A DNA stretch of 54,413 nt, from the NCBI GenBank assembly GCA_905612505.1, contig CAJQSH010000031.1, forward strand, positions 1 through 54,413. Reading direction: 5' to 3'. Within the stretch, counting starts at the first letter, position 1. Each line of letters starts with the position of its first letter. The position numbers and the translations under genes are program-made. The stretch is from an uncultured Candidatus Pelagibacter sp. Lineage in GTDB: Bacteria > Pseudomonadota > Alphaproteobacteria > Pelagibacterales > Pelagibacteraceae. This document shows positions 1 through 9,594 of the stretch, piece after piece. The notes beneath the pieces were generated by a model. It saw nothing but the letters and a program-made list of their open reading frames with translations. It had not been told where the DNA came from and made no database searches.

Positions 1-655
1 AGTTGATTCCACATGCATCCATAAATGCTAAAGCATCAGCAATTTTATCTTCTAATTCTTTAAATTTTTTTCCTGCAGGGGTTTTTTTAATAAAACCTAA
101 ATTCCAAGTATGAACCTTTTTAAGATCAGCAAATCCACCATGAGAAAAAGCTCTTATAAGGTTAAGAGTTGATGCTGATTGAGAGTATGCTTTAAACAAT
201 CTCTTTGGGTCCGGAACTCTTGATTTTTCATTAAATTCTATGCCATTTATATTGTCTCCTAGGTAACTAGGCAGTTCCACACCATCAATATTTTCAAGTG
301 GTGAACTTCTTGGTTTAGAAAACTGTCCTGCAATTCTTCCTAATTTAATTACAGGCAAAGATGCTGAGTAAGTTAAAACTAGTGACATTTGTAGAATTAA
401 TTTAAATGTATCTCTAATATTGTCCGGGTGAAACTCTGCAAAACTTTCTGCACAATCACCACCTTGTAATAAAAATGCTTTACCATCAACAACTTGGGAA
501 AGTTGTTCTTTTAAATGCCTTGTTTCACCAGCAAAAACTAAAGGAGGAAAATCTTTAATCTTACTAAGAACTCCATCTAATTCTTTCTTATCCGGATATT
601 CCGGAATATGTTTTACGGGATAATTTCTCCAACTATTTATTTTCCAATTTTTCAT
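1..655 (-). CDS. Class II 3-deoxy-7-phosphoheptulonate (DAHP) synthase, 5' part (runs off window start)
   Basis: Manual translation from ATG at 655: MKNWKINSWRNYPVKHIPEYP...FPPLVFAGE...AFLLQGGDCAESF...KLGRIAGQFSKPRS, the class II DAHPS signature motifs. Confidence 0.93.
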   Translation of the reverse strand, partial: MKNWKINSWRNYPVKHIPEYPDKKELDGVLSKIKDFPPLVFAGETRHLKEQLSQVVDGKAFLLQGGDCAESFAEFHPDNIRDTFKLILQMSLVLTYSASLPVIKLGRIAGQFSKPRSSPLENIDGVELPSYLGDNINGIEFNEKSRVPDPKRLFKAYSQSASTLNLIRAFSHGGFADLKKVHTWNLGFIKKTPAGKKFKELEDKIADALAFMDACGIN

Positions 656-732
656 GTTCAACCTACGAGTGTTCTAGCAGAGTTTACTAATTATTCAACA
701 CTGGGGTATTTATTAATTTTATAGATCTAAAA

Positions 733-1034
733 TTAACAAAAAAAATGACCTTTTTTTATATTCCAAGGGTAGCCTTTTTGATCTTTACCATCATTCCCCA
801 CAGAAGATAATGTTCAAAAAACATATCTAACTCTATTTTAGATGCCTTGTTGTCTGACCAAAAAATTAGGACATAAGTTGAAAAAAAATCATAATTTGAA
901 GAGTTTGTCTTTTTATTTAACTCGGATCCTTTGTAGATATGTGCCTTAATTTTATATTGTTTTCCTGTATTTTTATATGTAGCGCAAGCATCAGCAACTT
1001 CAGAGGCAAATGCATTAATTGATAAAAATATCAA
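733..1034 (-). pseudogene. Small exported hypothetical protein, probably frameshifted near 815
   Basis: ORF 756..1034 has a signal-peptide-like start. After DMFF another frame reads TLSSVGNDGKDQKGYPWNIKKGHFFC* to 733, which is more protein-like than the annotated tail. Confidence 0.45.
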
Positions 1035-1067
1035 AAAATAAGATTAAGAAAATCTTATTAAATATCC

Positions 1068-2888
1068 TCACTCTACTGTAACAGATTTGGCTAAATTTCG
1101 TGGCTTATCAATATCATAGCCTTTTTTAAGAGCTGAATAATACGCTAATTTTTGCAAGGGAATTGTTAATAAAAATGGAAGTAAGTCACCATTAGTGCTC
1201 TCAACTTCAATAGTTTCCCAAATATTTTCTGACACTACTTCGTCTTTACTTTTATTAGTAATTAATAAAACTTTTGCACCTCTTGCTATAACTTCCTGCA
1301 TATTTGAAATTGTTTTTGGATAATAATTATCTCTTGGTGCTAAAACTACTACTGGCATTCCGTTTTCTATTAAAGCTAATGGACCATGTTTCATTTCACC
1401 TGCTGGATACCCTTCCGCATGAACGTAGGCTAATTCTTTTAATTTAAGAGCACCCTCTAATGCTATAGGATAAGAAAATCCTCTTCCTAAAAACATTGAT
1501 CCTTTAGCATCAGTAAATGTGCTTGAAACTGTTTGAATTTTATTTTCAGTCAACAAAGTCTCTTCAACTAGCTTTGGTAATACCTTTAAATCTTTTATTT
1601 TATTTATGTACTTGTCTTTATTTAAATCTTTTCTTAAAGAAGCTAATTTTAATACCAAAATATATAGGACAAGCATTTGTCCCAAGAAAGTTTTTGTTGA
1701 AGCTACTCCAATTTCTGGCCCACAATGAATTGGTAATACAAAGTTGGAATCTCTTGCTATTGAACTTTCAATAACATTAACCACACCGCAAGTTTTCATA
1801 TCGTTCTTATTACATAGGTCTAAGGCAGCATACGTATCTGCTGTTTCACCAGATTGAGAAACAAAAATATATAAATTATCTTTTTTAAATCTATTATTTC
1901 GATATCTAAATTCTGAGGCAATATCAATTGTAACGTCTAATTTTGTTAATTCCTCAAACCAATATTTTGCCATTAAACATGAGTGGTATGCCGTCCCACA
2001 CCCTATTAGGATTATTGAAGAAATTTCTTTTAAATCCCAAGGAAAATTGTAAATATTGATATCGTTATTAATAGTATCAACGTATTCTTTGATACAATTT
2101 TTTAATGTTGTTGGTTGTTCTTCAATTTCTTTTGCCATAAAATGTTTAAAATCACCTTTTTCATAATTTTGCTCATCGGTAGATAATTCTAAAACTTTCT
2201 TATTAACTTTGGTTCCATTTTCATCAAAAAACTCCACGTGATCTTTTTTAATAATACAAAATTCACCATCACTTAAATATGAGATCTTATTCGTCATTGA
2301 TTTTAAAGCGTAGGAATCTGAGCCTAAATAATTTTCATTTGGCCCATAACCAACTGCAAGTGGTGACCCTCTTCTAGCACCTACGATCAGATCTGGTTGA
2401 TCTTTAAAAATAATACCTAAGGCAAAACTTCCATGTAATTGTTTTAACATTTTTAGAATTGATTTTTTTAAATCATTTTCTTTTAAATATTCTGTAATTA
2501 AATGAACAATAACTTCTGTATCAGTTTGTGATTTAAATTTATGTCCCTTAGTTATTAGGTATTTTTTTAAAATTGTGGAGTTTTCAATAATTCCATTGTG
2601 TACAACAGAAACTGTTTCTGATGAGTGAGGATGTGCATTAATAGTGTTAGGAAGACCATGAGTTGCCCATCTAACATGGCCAATACCAATATTGCCTAAC
2701 ATGTTTTTAATTGCAGGGTTTTTTTCTAAATTATCAACTCTACCTTCTGATTTAATTTCGTTAATAAAGCCATTTGATAAAGTGGATATACCTGCAGAAT
2801 CATAACCTCTATATTCTAATTTTCTTAGAGAGTTAACAATAGCTGAAGATACTGGTTTGTTGCTAGTAATACCTATAATTCCACACAT
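1068..2888 (-). CDS. glmS: Glutamine--fructose-6-phosphate aminotransferase (isomerizing)
   Basis: N-terminal MCGIIG, GHVRWATHG, two SIS domains, C-terminal PRNLAKSVTVE. Confidence 0.98.
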   Translation of the reverse strand: MCGIIGITSNKPVSSAIVNSLRKLEYRGYDSAGISTLSNGFINEIKSEGRVDNLEKNPAIKNMLGNIGIGHVRWATHGLPNTINAHPHSSETVSVVHNGIIENSTILKKYLITKGHKFKSQTDTEVIVHLITEYLKENDLKKSILKMLKQLHGSFALGIIFKDQPDLIVGARRGSPLAVGYGPNENYLGSDSYALKSMTNKISYLSDGEFCIIKKDHVEFFDENGTKVNKKVLELSTDEQNYEKGDFKHFMAKEIEEQPTTLKNCIKEYVDTINNDINIYNFPWDLKEISSIILIGCGTAYHSCLMAKYWFEELTKLDVTIDIASEFRYRNNRFKKDNLYIFVSQSGETADTYAALDLCNKNDMKTCGVVNVIESSIARDSNFVLPIHCGPEIGVASTKTFLGQMLVLYILVLKLASLRKDLNKDKYINKIKDLKVLPKLVEETLLTENKIQTVSSTFTDAKGSMFLGRGFSYPIALEGALKLKELAYVHAEGYPAGEMKHGPLALIENGMPVVVLAPRDNYYPKTISNMQEVIARGAKVLLITNKSKDEVVSENIWETIEVESTNGDLLPFLLTIPLQKLAYYSALKKGYDIDKPRNLAKSVTVE

Positions 2889-2891
2889 AAT

Positions 2892-3515
2892 TTATTTTTT
2901 TGTTTTTTTATAATTTGGCACCTCTACTTGCAGTGATCTAGTTAATGCTAAGGAATTTTTTTTAACATTTCTTGTAATTACTGATCCCGCACCAACAACA
3001 CTATTTTTTTCAATTTTAACTGGGGCTACCAATGATGAGTTGGATCCTATAAAAACATTATTTCTAATCTTTGTTTTATATTTCTTAACTCCATCATAAT
3101 TGCAAGTGATAGTACCAGCTCCAATATTAACACCATTCCCCAGTTCACTATCGCCTATATATGACAAATGATTTACTTTTGATTTTTTTCCAATAATACT
3201 TTTTTTAATTTCGACAAAATTTCCAATTTTAGAACCTTCTTTTAAAATTGAACCAGGTCTTATCCTTGCGTAAGGTCCTATGTGAACTTTATTTTCAATT
3301 TTACAATTTTCTAAATGTGAAAATGAATTAATTTTTACATTGTTTCCAATTTTAACTTTAGGTCCAAAAACAACATAAGGATCTATAGTCACATTTTTTC
3401 CAATTCTAGTGTCTTCAGAAAAAAAAATAGTTTCAGGACCAATCATATTGACACCTGCTTTTATAAATTTATTACGTATCTTAATTTGGCTTTTTTGTGA
3501 ATTTATTTGTTTCAT
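2892..3515 (-). CDS. glmU: GlmU C-terminal domain only (glucosamine-1-phosphate N-acetyltransferase, left-handed beta-helix)
   Basis: GPYARIRPG, IGNFVEIK, NHLSYIGD, GAGTITCNYDG, FIGSNSSLVAPV; 207 aa, directly upstream of glmS; no N-terminal uridyltransferase domain. Confidence 0.88.
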   Translation of the reverse strand: MKQINSQKSQIKIRNKFIKAGVNMIGPETIFFSEDTRIGKNVTIDPYVVFGPKVKIGNNVKINSFSHLENCKIENKVHIGPYARIRPGSILKEGSKIGNFVEIKKSIIGKKSKVNHLSYIGDSELGNGVNIGAGTITCNYDGVKKYKTKIRNNVFIGSNSSLVAPVKIEKNSVVGAGSVITRNVKKNSLALTRSLQVEVPNYKKTKK

Positions 3516-3585
3516 CTAGGAAAATCTTTATAGTAAGTATAAAGTTATCTTAATTCACAAATTGTTTCTTAAAAATACTTTATAA

Positions 3586-4275
3586 ATGACTCAAAAATAT
3601 ACAATTTTATTTGATCTAGACGGAACTCTTGTTGATACAGCACCAGATTTAATGAATGCACATAATCATGTTATGAGAAAATATGGTTATCCAACAAAAT
3701 CAACTGTTGATATTAGAAGCTTAGTTGGTCAGGGTGCTGGGGCAATGATTGGAAGGTCTATTTGGGGACAGGCAAAAAAAGAATTTTGGAAAATTGATGA
3801 TGAAAAAATTAAAACTAAAATGGTTAAAGAATTTGTAAGTTTTTATGGAAAAAATATTATTAATGAAAGTACTCTTATTAACGGTGCTAAAGATTTTTTA
3901 AAATGGTGTAAGGAAAAAAATATTTCAATGGCTGTGTGCACAAATAAACAAGAGCATTTAGCGATTAATCTTTTAAAAAAGATTGGAATTTATGATTACT
4001 TTGAATATGTTGCTGGACATGATACGTTTGATTATTGCAAACCAGACCCAAGACACTTAACAAGCATTATTGAAATCTTAGATGGTAATATAAAAAAATC
4101 TTTAATGATTGGAGATAGTGAAACTGATGCAAATGCTGCTAGAGCAGCTTCAATTCCTGTAATTCTACTAGAAAATGGCTATACAGAAAAAAATACTGAT
4201 GAAATCTACCACAATCATTTAATAAAAGACTTTATTGATATTGAAAAAATAGTTTCTACCTACTTAATAGATTGA
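3586..4275 (+). CDS. gph: HAD-family hydrolase, phosphoglycolate phosphatase-like
   Basis: FDLDGTLVDT motif I, CTNK, KPDP, MIGDSETD. Confidence 0.85.
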   Translation: MTQKYTILFDLDGTLVDTAPDLMNAHNHVMRKYGYPTKSTVDIRSLVGQGAGAMIGRSIWGQAKKEFWKIDDEKIKTKMVKEFVSFYGKNIINESTLINGAKDFLKWCKEKNISMAVCTNKQEHLAINLLKKIGIYDYFEYVAGHDTFDYCKPDPRHLTSIIEILDGNIKKSLMIGDSETDANAARAASIPVILLENGYTEKNTDEIYHNHLIKDFIDIEKIVSTYLID

Positions 4276-4326
4276 TTTAATTTTTTTTCTTATTATTAAT
4301 ACCTCATATAAAACTATGGAGAAGTT

Positions 4327-5829
4327 CTGATTTTACATAAAGTTAAAGTTTATCCGTCTAAAATTTATCTACCTAAAAAAAACCAATTAGCTTGGAAAAT
4401 TGCTGAGATAGCCTCAGATAATGCAAAATTGGACAAAAATTCAATTGAAATGGTTATCAATAGAATAATTGATAATGCTTCAGTAGCTATTGCTTCTTTA
4501 AACAGAAAAGCGGTTATCTCTTCAAGAGAGATGGCTCTAAAACATCCTAGAAAAAATGGTGCAACGCTATTTGGAATTGATTCAAAATTAAAATTTGATT
4601 GTGAGTGGGCTGCCTGGTCTAATGGAACAGCAGTTAGAGAACTTGATTTTCATGATACTTTTTTAGGAGCAGACTACAGTCATCCTGGTGATAATATTCC
4701 ACCTTTATTAAGTGTTGCTCAACAAAATAAAAAAAGTGGTTTAGATTTATTAAGAGGAATTATTACAGCATATGAAGTTCAAGTTAATTTAGTAAAAGGT
4801 ATTTGCCTTCACAAACATAGAATTGATCATATTGCTCACTTGGGTCCTAGTGTTGCGGCTGGCTTAGGTACAATGCTAAAATTAAATACTGAAACAATAT
4901 ATCAAGCTGTACAACAAGCTTTACACACAACCATATCAACAAGGCAATCTCGAAAAGGTGAAATCTCAAGTTGGAAAGCCTTTGCTCCAGCGCATGCGGG
5001 TAAGCTTGCAATTGAAGCTGTTGATAGAGCAATGCGTGGCGAAGGAGCACCTAGTCCTATTTATGAAGGTGAAGATAGTGTTATAGCTAGAATATTAGAT
5101 GGTAAAAAAGCTTTATATAATGTGCCATTACCTAAAAAGGGCGAAAGAAAAAAAGCCATTTTAGAAACCTATACCAAAGAATATTCTGCTGAATACCAGG
5201 CTCAAGCTCTGATAGATATTGCAAAAAAATTAAATAAAAAGATATCCAACCTCAATCAAATTAAAAAAATTGATCTTTATACAAGTCATCATACTCATAA
5301 TGTAATTGGAACAGGTGCAAATGATCCACAAAAAATGGATCCGAATGCGAGTAGAGAGACTTTAGATCACTCTATTATGTATATTTTTGCAGTAGCACTT
5401 GAGGACGCAGATTGGCATCATGTTAAATCTTATACTAAACAAAGAGCAAATAAAAAAAATACTATTAAGATCTGGAAATCAATTGTAACTCATGAAGATA
5501 AAAAATGGACCAAAAAGTACCATGATCCTAATCCAAAAAATAAATCATTTGGAGCTAAAGTAGTTGTAACATTAAGTAATGGTAAAAAAGTTGTAGAGCA
5601 ACTTGATAGAGCCGATGCTCACCCTTATGGAGCTCGTCCATTTAAAAGACAAAACTATATTGAAAAATTTTTAGCACTTACAGCTGATATTTTAGACAAA
5701 AAAGAAAGTGGAAGGTTTCTAAATATAGTTCAAAACCTCAAGAACTTGAAATCTGGTGAATTGAATAAATTAAATATTCAAGTAAAAAGAAGTCAAATAA
5801 AAAAAAATAAAAAAAAAGGGATTTTTTAA
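4327..5829 (+). CDS. prpD: 2-methylcitrate dehydratase (MmgE/PrpD family); start extended to CTG at 4327
   Basis: [32 protein letters not shown]. The frame is open upstream of 4429 ([10 protein letters not shown]...[10 protein letters not shown]) back to a CTG preceded by GGAG; adjacent to prpB and prpC. Confidence 0.93.
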   Translation: MILHKVKVYPSKIYLPKKNQLAWKIAEIASDNAKLDKNSIEMVINRIIDNASVAIASLNRKAVISSREMALKHPRKNGATLFGIDSKLKFDCEWAAWSNGTAVRELDFHDTFLGADYSHPGDNIPPLLSVAQQNKKSGLDLLRGIITAYEVQVNLVKGICLHKHRIDHIAHLGPSVAAGLGTMLKLNTETIYQAVQQALHTTISTRQSRKGEISSWKAFAPAHAGKLAIEAVDRAMRGEGAPSPIYEGEDSVIARILDGKKALYNVPLPKKGERKKAILETYTKEYSAEYQAQALIDIAKKLNKKISNLNQIKKIDLYTSHHTHNVIGTGANDPQKMDPNASRETLDHSIMYIFAVALEDADWHHVKSYTKQRANKKNTIKIWKSIVTHEDKKWTKKYHDPNPKNKSFGAKVVVTLSNGKKVVEQLDRADAHPYGARPFKRQNYIEKFLALTADILDKKESGRFLNIVQNLKNLKSGELNKLNIQVKRSQIKKNKKKGIF

Positions 5830-6725
5830 TGCACTTTGTGGATAAAGAGCCCAGCCAAAAAAGAATAGACTTTGTAAATAAACTAAAAACAAATAAAATT
5901 CTTAGAGTTCCAGGAGCATACAGCCCATTAACTGCAAAATTAATTCAAGAAATTGGTTATGATGCAGTTTATGTATCAGGTGGTGTTATGGCAAATGATT
6001 TAGGATTTCCAGATATTGGATTAACAACTCTGCAAGATGTGAGCACAAGATCTTATTTGATATCAAGAGTTACAAACCTGCCAACTATTGTAGATATAGA
6101 CACAGGATTTAAATCTTGTGAAGAAACAATAAAAACTTTTGAAGAATTTGGAATAACTGCAGTGCATTTAGAAGATCAGGTAGAACGGAAAAGATGTGGT
6201 CACCTTGATAACAAAGAATTAATTTCAACTGAAGAAATGGTTAAAAAAATCAAAGAATGTGTTGCAGCTAAAAAAGATGAAAATTTTAAAATTATAGCAA
6301 GATCAGATGCTAAAGGTGTTGAGGGAATAGATAGAATGATTAATAGATGTAAAGCATATATTGATGCGGGAGCTGAAATTATTTTTCCAGAAGCACTTCA
6401 TGATGAAAAAGATTTTGAAAAAGTTAGAAAAGAATTATCATGTTATTTATTAGCTAACATGACTGAGTTTGGGAAATCTAAGCTTTTTAATTACAAAGAA
6501 TTAGAAAATTTTGGCTACAATATAGTAATATATCCAGTAACAACACAAAGATTAGCCATGAAAAATGTAGAGGATGGTTTAAGAGACATTTATGTAAATG
6601 GACATCAGAACAATATTATTGATAAAATGCAAACTAGAAAAAGACTTTATGAGTTGGTTGAGTATGAAAAATATAACTCCTTAGATGAAAAAATTTATAA
6701 CTTTAGCACGGAAGGACATGAATAA
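5829..6725 (+). CDS. prpB: 2-methylisocitrate lyase
   Basis: KRCGH catalytic motif, VDIDTGF, LANMTEFGK; operon with prpD and prpC. Confidence 0.95.
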   Translation: MHFVDKEPSQKRIDFVNKLKTNKILRVPGAYSPLTAKLIQEIGYDAVYVSGGVMANDLGFPDIGLTTLQDVSTRSYLISRVTNLPTIVDIDTGFKSCEETIKTFEEFGITAVHLEDQVERKRCGHLDNKELISTEEMVKKIKECVAAKKDENFKIIARSDAKGVEGIDRMINRCKAYIDAGAEIIFPEALHDEKDFEKVRKELSCYLLANMTEFGKSKLFNYKELENFGYNIVIYPVTTQRLAMKNVEDGLRDIYVNGHQNNIIDKMQTRKRLYELVEYEKYNSLDEKIYNFSTEGHE

Positions 6726-7849
6726 TGAGTGATGATATCAAAAAAGGTTTGTTAGGAATTATAGTTGATGAAACTGAAATTTCAAAAGTTATGCCAGAAA
6801 TTAACTCTCTTACTTATAGGGGTTATGCTGCCCAAGATTTATGTGCAGCTTGTAGATTTGAAGAAGTTGCGTATTTAATTTTAAATAAAGATTTGCCTAA
6901 TTCACTTCAACTTAAAAAATTTGAAAAAGAAGAAAAAGACAACAGGGAATTATCTAAAAATTTGTATGAAATAATTAAACATATGCCCAAAAAATCACAT
7001 CCTATGGATGTTGCTAGAACTGTTGTAAGTGTGATGGGTCTTGAAGATAAAGAAACATCCGATAGTTCTCATGAAGCGAACATGAGAAAGGCTATGAGAA
7101 TTTTTGCTAAGACTCCCACTGCTTTAGCTGCATTTTACAGAGTTAGAAATGGTAAAAAAATAATTAAACCTAAAAAATCTTTAACATTTGCAGAAAATTT
7201 TTTTCATATGTGCTTTGATAAAGTTCCACAAAAAGAAATTGTTAAAGCTTTTGATGTTTCATTAATTTTGTATGCTGAACATAGTTTTAATGTTTCAACA
7301 TTTACAGCTAGAACTATAACAAGTAGTTTATCTGATATTCACGGAGCAATTACTGGTGCTATCGCAAGTTTAAAAGGTCCATTGCATGGCGGTGCTAATG
7401 AAGAAGTAATGCACATGATGAAAAAAATTAAAAAACCTGAGAATGCCTTAAAATGGATTAACAAAACTCTTGATAATAAAAACGTTGTTATGGGATTTGG
7501 TCATAGGGTTTATAAAAGTGGAGATTCTAGAGTTCCAACGATGAGAGAATATTTTGGAAAAGTTGCTAAAATCAAGAAAGATAAAACTTTTGAAAAAATA
7601 TACAATATTGTTGAAAAAGTAATGATCAAAAGGAAGAATATTCATCCTAACGTCGATTATCCAACTGGACCAACTTATCATTTGATGGGTTTTGATACTG
7701 ATTTTTTTACACCAATATTTGTAATTTCTAGAATTACAGGTTGGTCGGCACACATTATGGAACAACACGCTGCTAATAAATTAATTAGACCTTTGGCTAG
7801 TTACAAAGGTAATAAACACCGAAAAGTGCTACAACTAAATCAGAGATAA
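6725..7849 (+). CDS. prpC: 2-methylcitrate synthase / citrate synthase
   Basis: LYAEHSFN, GPLHGGANE, MGFGHRVYK, NVDY. Confidence 0.94.
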   Translation: MSDDIKKGLLGIIVDETEISKVMPEINSLTYRGYAAQDLCAACRFEEVAYLILNKDLPNSLQLKKFEKEEKDNRELSKNLYEIIKHMPKKSHPMDVARTVVSVMGLEDKETSDSSHEANMRKAMRIFAKTPTALAAFYRVRNGKKIIKPKKSLTFAENFFHMCFDKVPQKEIVKAFDVSLILYAEHSFNVSTFTARTITSSLSDIHGAITGAIASLKGPLHGGANEEVMHMMKKIKKPENALKWINKTLDNKNVVMGFGHRVYKSGDSRVPTMREYFGKVAKIKKDKTFEKIYNIVEKVMIKRKNIHPNVDYPTGPTYHLMGFDTDFFTPIFVISRITGWSAHIMEQHAANKLIRPLASYKGNKHRKVLQLNQR

Positions 7850-7864
7850 CTAGGGGTTTTTTAT

Positions 7865-8566
7865 TTAATCCAAAAAATTACTGCATAAAACTCTTTTTGA
7901 TTTATGAACAGTATTCTCTTGCGTCTTAATTACTTCAACGTTTTTAAAAACTTTAATAAAGTAATCTGCTCTTATTGTGTCAAAAATAATTTTTGTATCT
8001 GATTTACAAACTTTTTTTAAATAATCCATATAAACCTCAAAATCATAATGATAATCTAATGATAGCAAAGATATTATCACATCGAACTTTGTTACTGGAA
8101 GACTATCTTTATCATAATCAAAAATGTTTATTTGAGAGTTTTGCATTCCATTCATTTGTAAAAAATTTTTCTGCACACTTAAATTATTGTAAGCTTCATC
8201 ATTAATTTTTCCACCCCATCCATACTTAACTTTTTTTGAAACATAGTTTCTTTCAATAAAAGAATAATTTTTATTATCTAAACTTTGATTGATGATAACC
8301 TCAAGTCCACCCATTCCACCTCCTATACTTAAAAATAACTTATCTTCCTCTTTGATAAATTTTTTTATCGTAGAAAATTCATCAATCATAATGCTATGGT
8401 ATTTTTTTCCAATTAATTCTGATTTTAAGAAATATTTAGTTATAAAATTGGAAAAAATATATCTACCAAATAATTTTCTTAGTTTTTTAAAAAAAGGTCC
8501 AATAAGTTCAATTCTTTGTAAGACAATTAATCTTGCTGCCTTACTTGGAAGAATAAAATAATTCAC
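7865..8566 (-). CDS. Hypothetical protein with SAM-dependent methyltransferase-like fold
   Basis: LSIGGGMGGLE glycine-rich loop and FDVIISLLSLDYHY resemble class I methyltransferase motifs. Confidence 0.55.
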   Translation of the reverse strand: MNYFILPSKAARLIVLQRIELIGPFFKKLRKLFGRYIFSNFITKYFLKSELIGKKYHSIMIDEFSTIKKFIKEEDKLFLSIGGGMGGLEVIINQSLDNKNYSFIERNYVSKKVKYGWGGKINDEAYNNLSVQKNFLQMNGMQNSQINIFDYDKDSLPVTKFDVIISLLSLDYHYDFEVYMDYLKKVCKSDTKIIFDTIRADYFIKVFKNVEVIKTQENTVHKSKRVLCSNFLD

Positions 8567-8575
8567 TAATGTTTA

Positions 8576-9589
8576 TTAGCTGAATGCTTCTGTCCAAGTT
8601 CCTTGTGTGGATGCTTTGGAATATTCAGTTGAACGTCCCTCAAAGAAGTTCATATGTTCAATAGCATTCAACATGGAATCTAACCAAGTAAGTGGATTTT
8701 TATCTACTTTATAAATTGGATCTAACCCTAGTTGAGATAGTCTTCTATTGGCGATAAATCTTATGTAAAGTTTTACATCTTGGGCAGTAAGACCTTCCAT
8801 TGGACCCATTTCAAAAGCTAAATCAATAAAAGCATCTTCATGGTCTATGATTGTTCTGCATGCTTTATAAAGTTCTTTTTTTAATTCTGGATTCCAAATT
8901 TCTGGATTCTCATGAATAAACTCTTTAAATAACCTAATCATAGAATTACAATGAAGAGTTTCGTCTCTTACAGACCAGGTAACAATCTGACCCATACCTT
9001 TCATTTTATTATGTCTTGGAAAGTTAAGTAAGATTGCAAAACTTGCAAACAATTGTAAACCTTCTGTAAACGCACTAAATACAGCTACAGTTAATGCAAT
9101 ATTTTTTTTTGAACTCATATCAAAATTTTGCATGTAATCATATTTATCTTTCATCTCCTTGTATTTCATAAAAGCTGAATATTCTGACTCTGGCATTCCG
9201 ATGGTATCAAGCAGATGCGAATATGCTGCAATGTGAACTGTTTCCATTGAGGCAAAAGCAGTCATCATCATCAATACTTCTGTTGGTTTAAATACAGTAG
9301 TATAATGCCTTAAATAACAATTTTGGACCTCAACATCAGCTTGAGTAAAAAATCTAAAAATTTGAGTTAATAAATTTTTTTCAGACTGTGTTAAATTTTT
9401 TTGCCAATCTCTAACATCATCACCAAGTGGTACTTCTTCGGGTAACCAGTGAATTCTTTGTTGAGTTAACCATGCATCATAGCACCATGGATATCTAAAT
9501 GGTTTGTAAACTGGATTTTCAACTAACAATCCCATTTTTTGTGGCTGAACAATTTCGTTGTGTTCGCGTTGAATAATTTTAGACTCCAT
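8576..9589 (-). CDS. nrdB: Ribonucleoside-diphosphate reductase class Ia, beta subunit
   Basis: HWLPEEV, FFTQAD, ETVH, EGLQLFASF, RDETLH di-iron ligands, NFFE C-terminal motif; probable start MESKII at 9589. Confidence 0.95.
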   Translation of the reverse strand: MESKIIQREHNEIVQPQKMGLLVENPVYKPFRYPWCYDAWLTQQRIHWLPEEVPLGDDVRDWQKNLTQSEKNLLTQIFRFFTQADVEVQNCYLRHYTTVFKPTEVLMMMTAFASMETVHIAAYSHLLDTIGMPESEYSAFMKYKEMKDKYDYMQNFDMSSKKNIALTVAVFSAFTEGLQLFASFAILLNFPRHNKMKGMGQIVTWSVRDETLHCNSMIRLFKEFIHENPEIWNPELKKELYKACRTIIDHEDAFIDLAFEMGPMEGLTAQDVKLYIRFIANRRLSQLGLDPIYKVDKNPLTWLDSMLNAIEHMNFFEGRSTEYSKASTQGTWTEAFS

Positions 9590-9594
9590 TTTTT

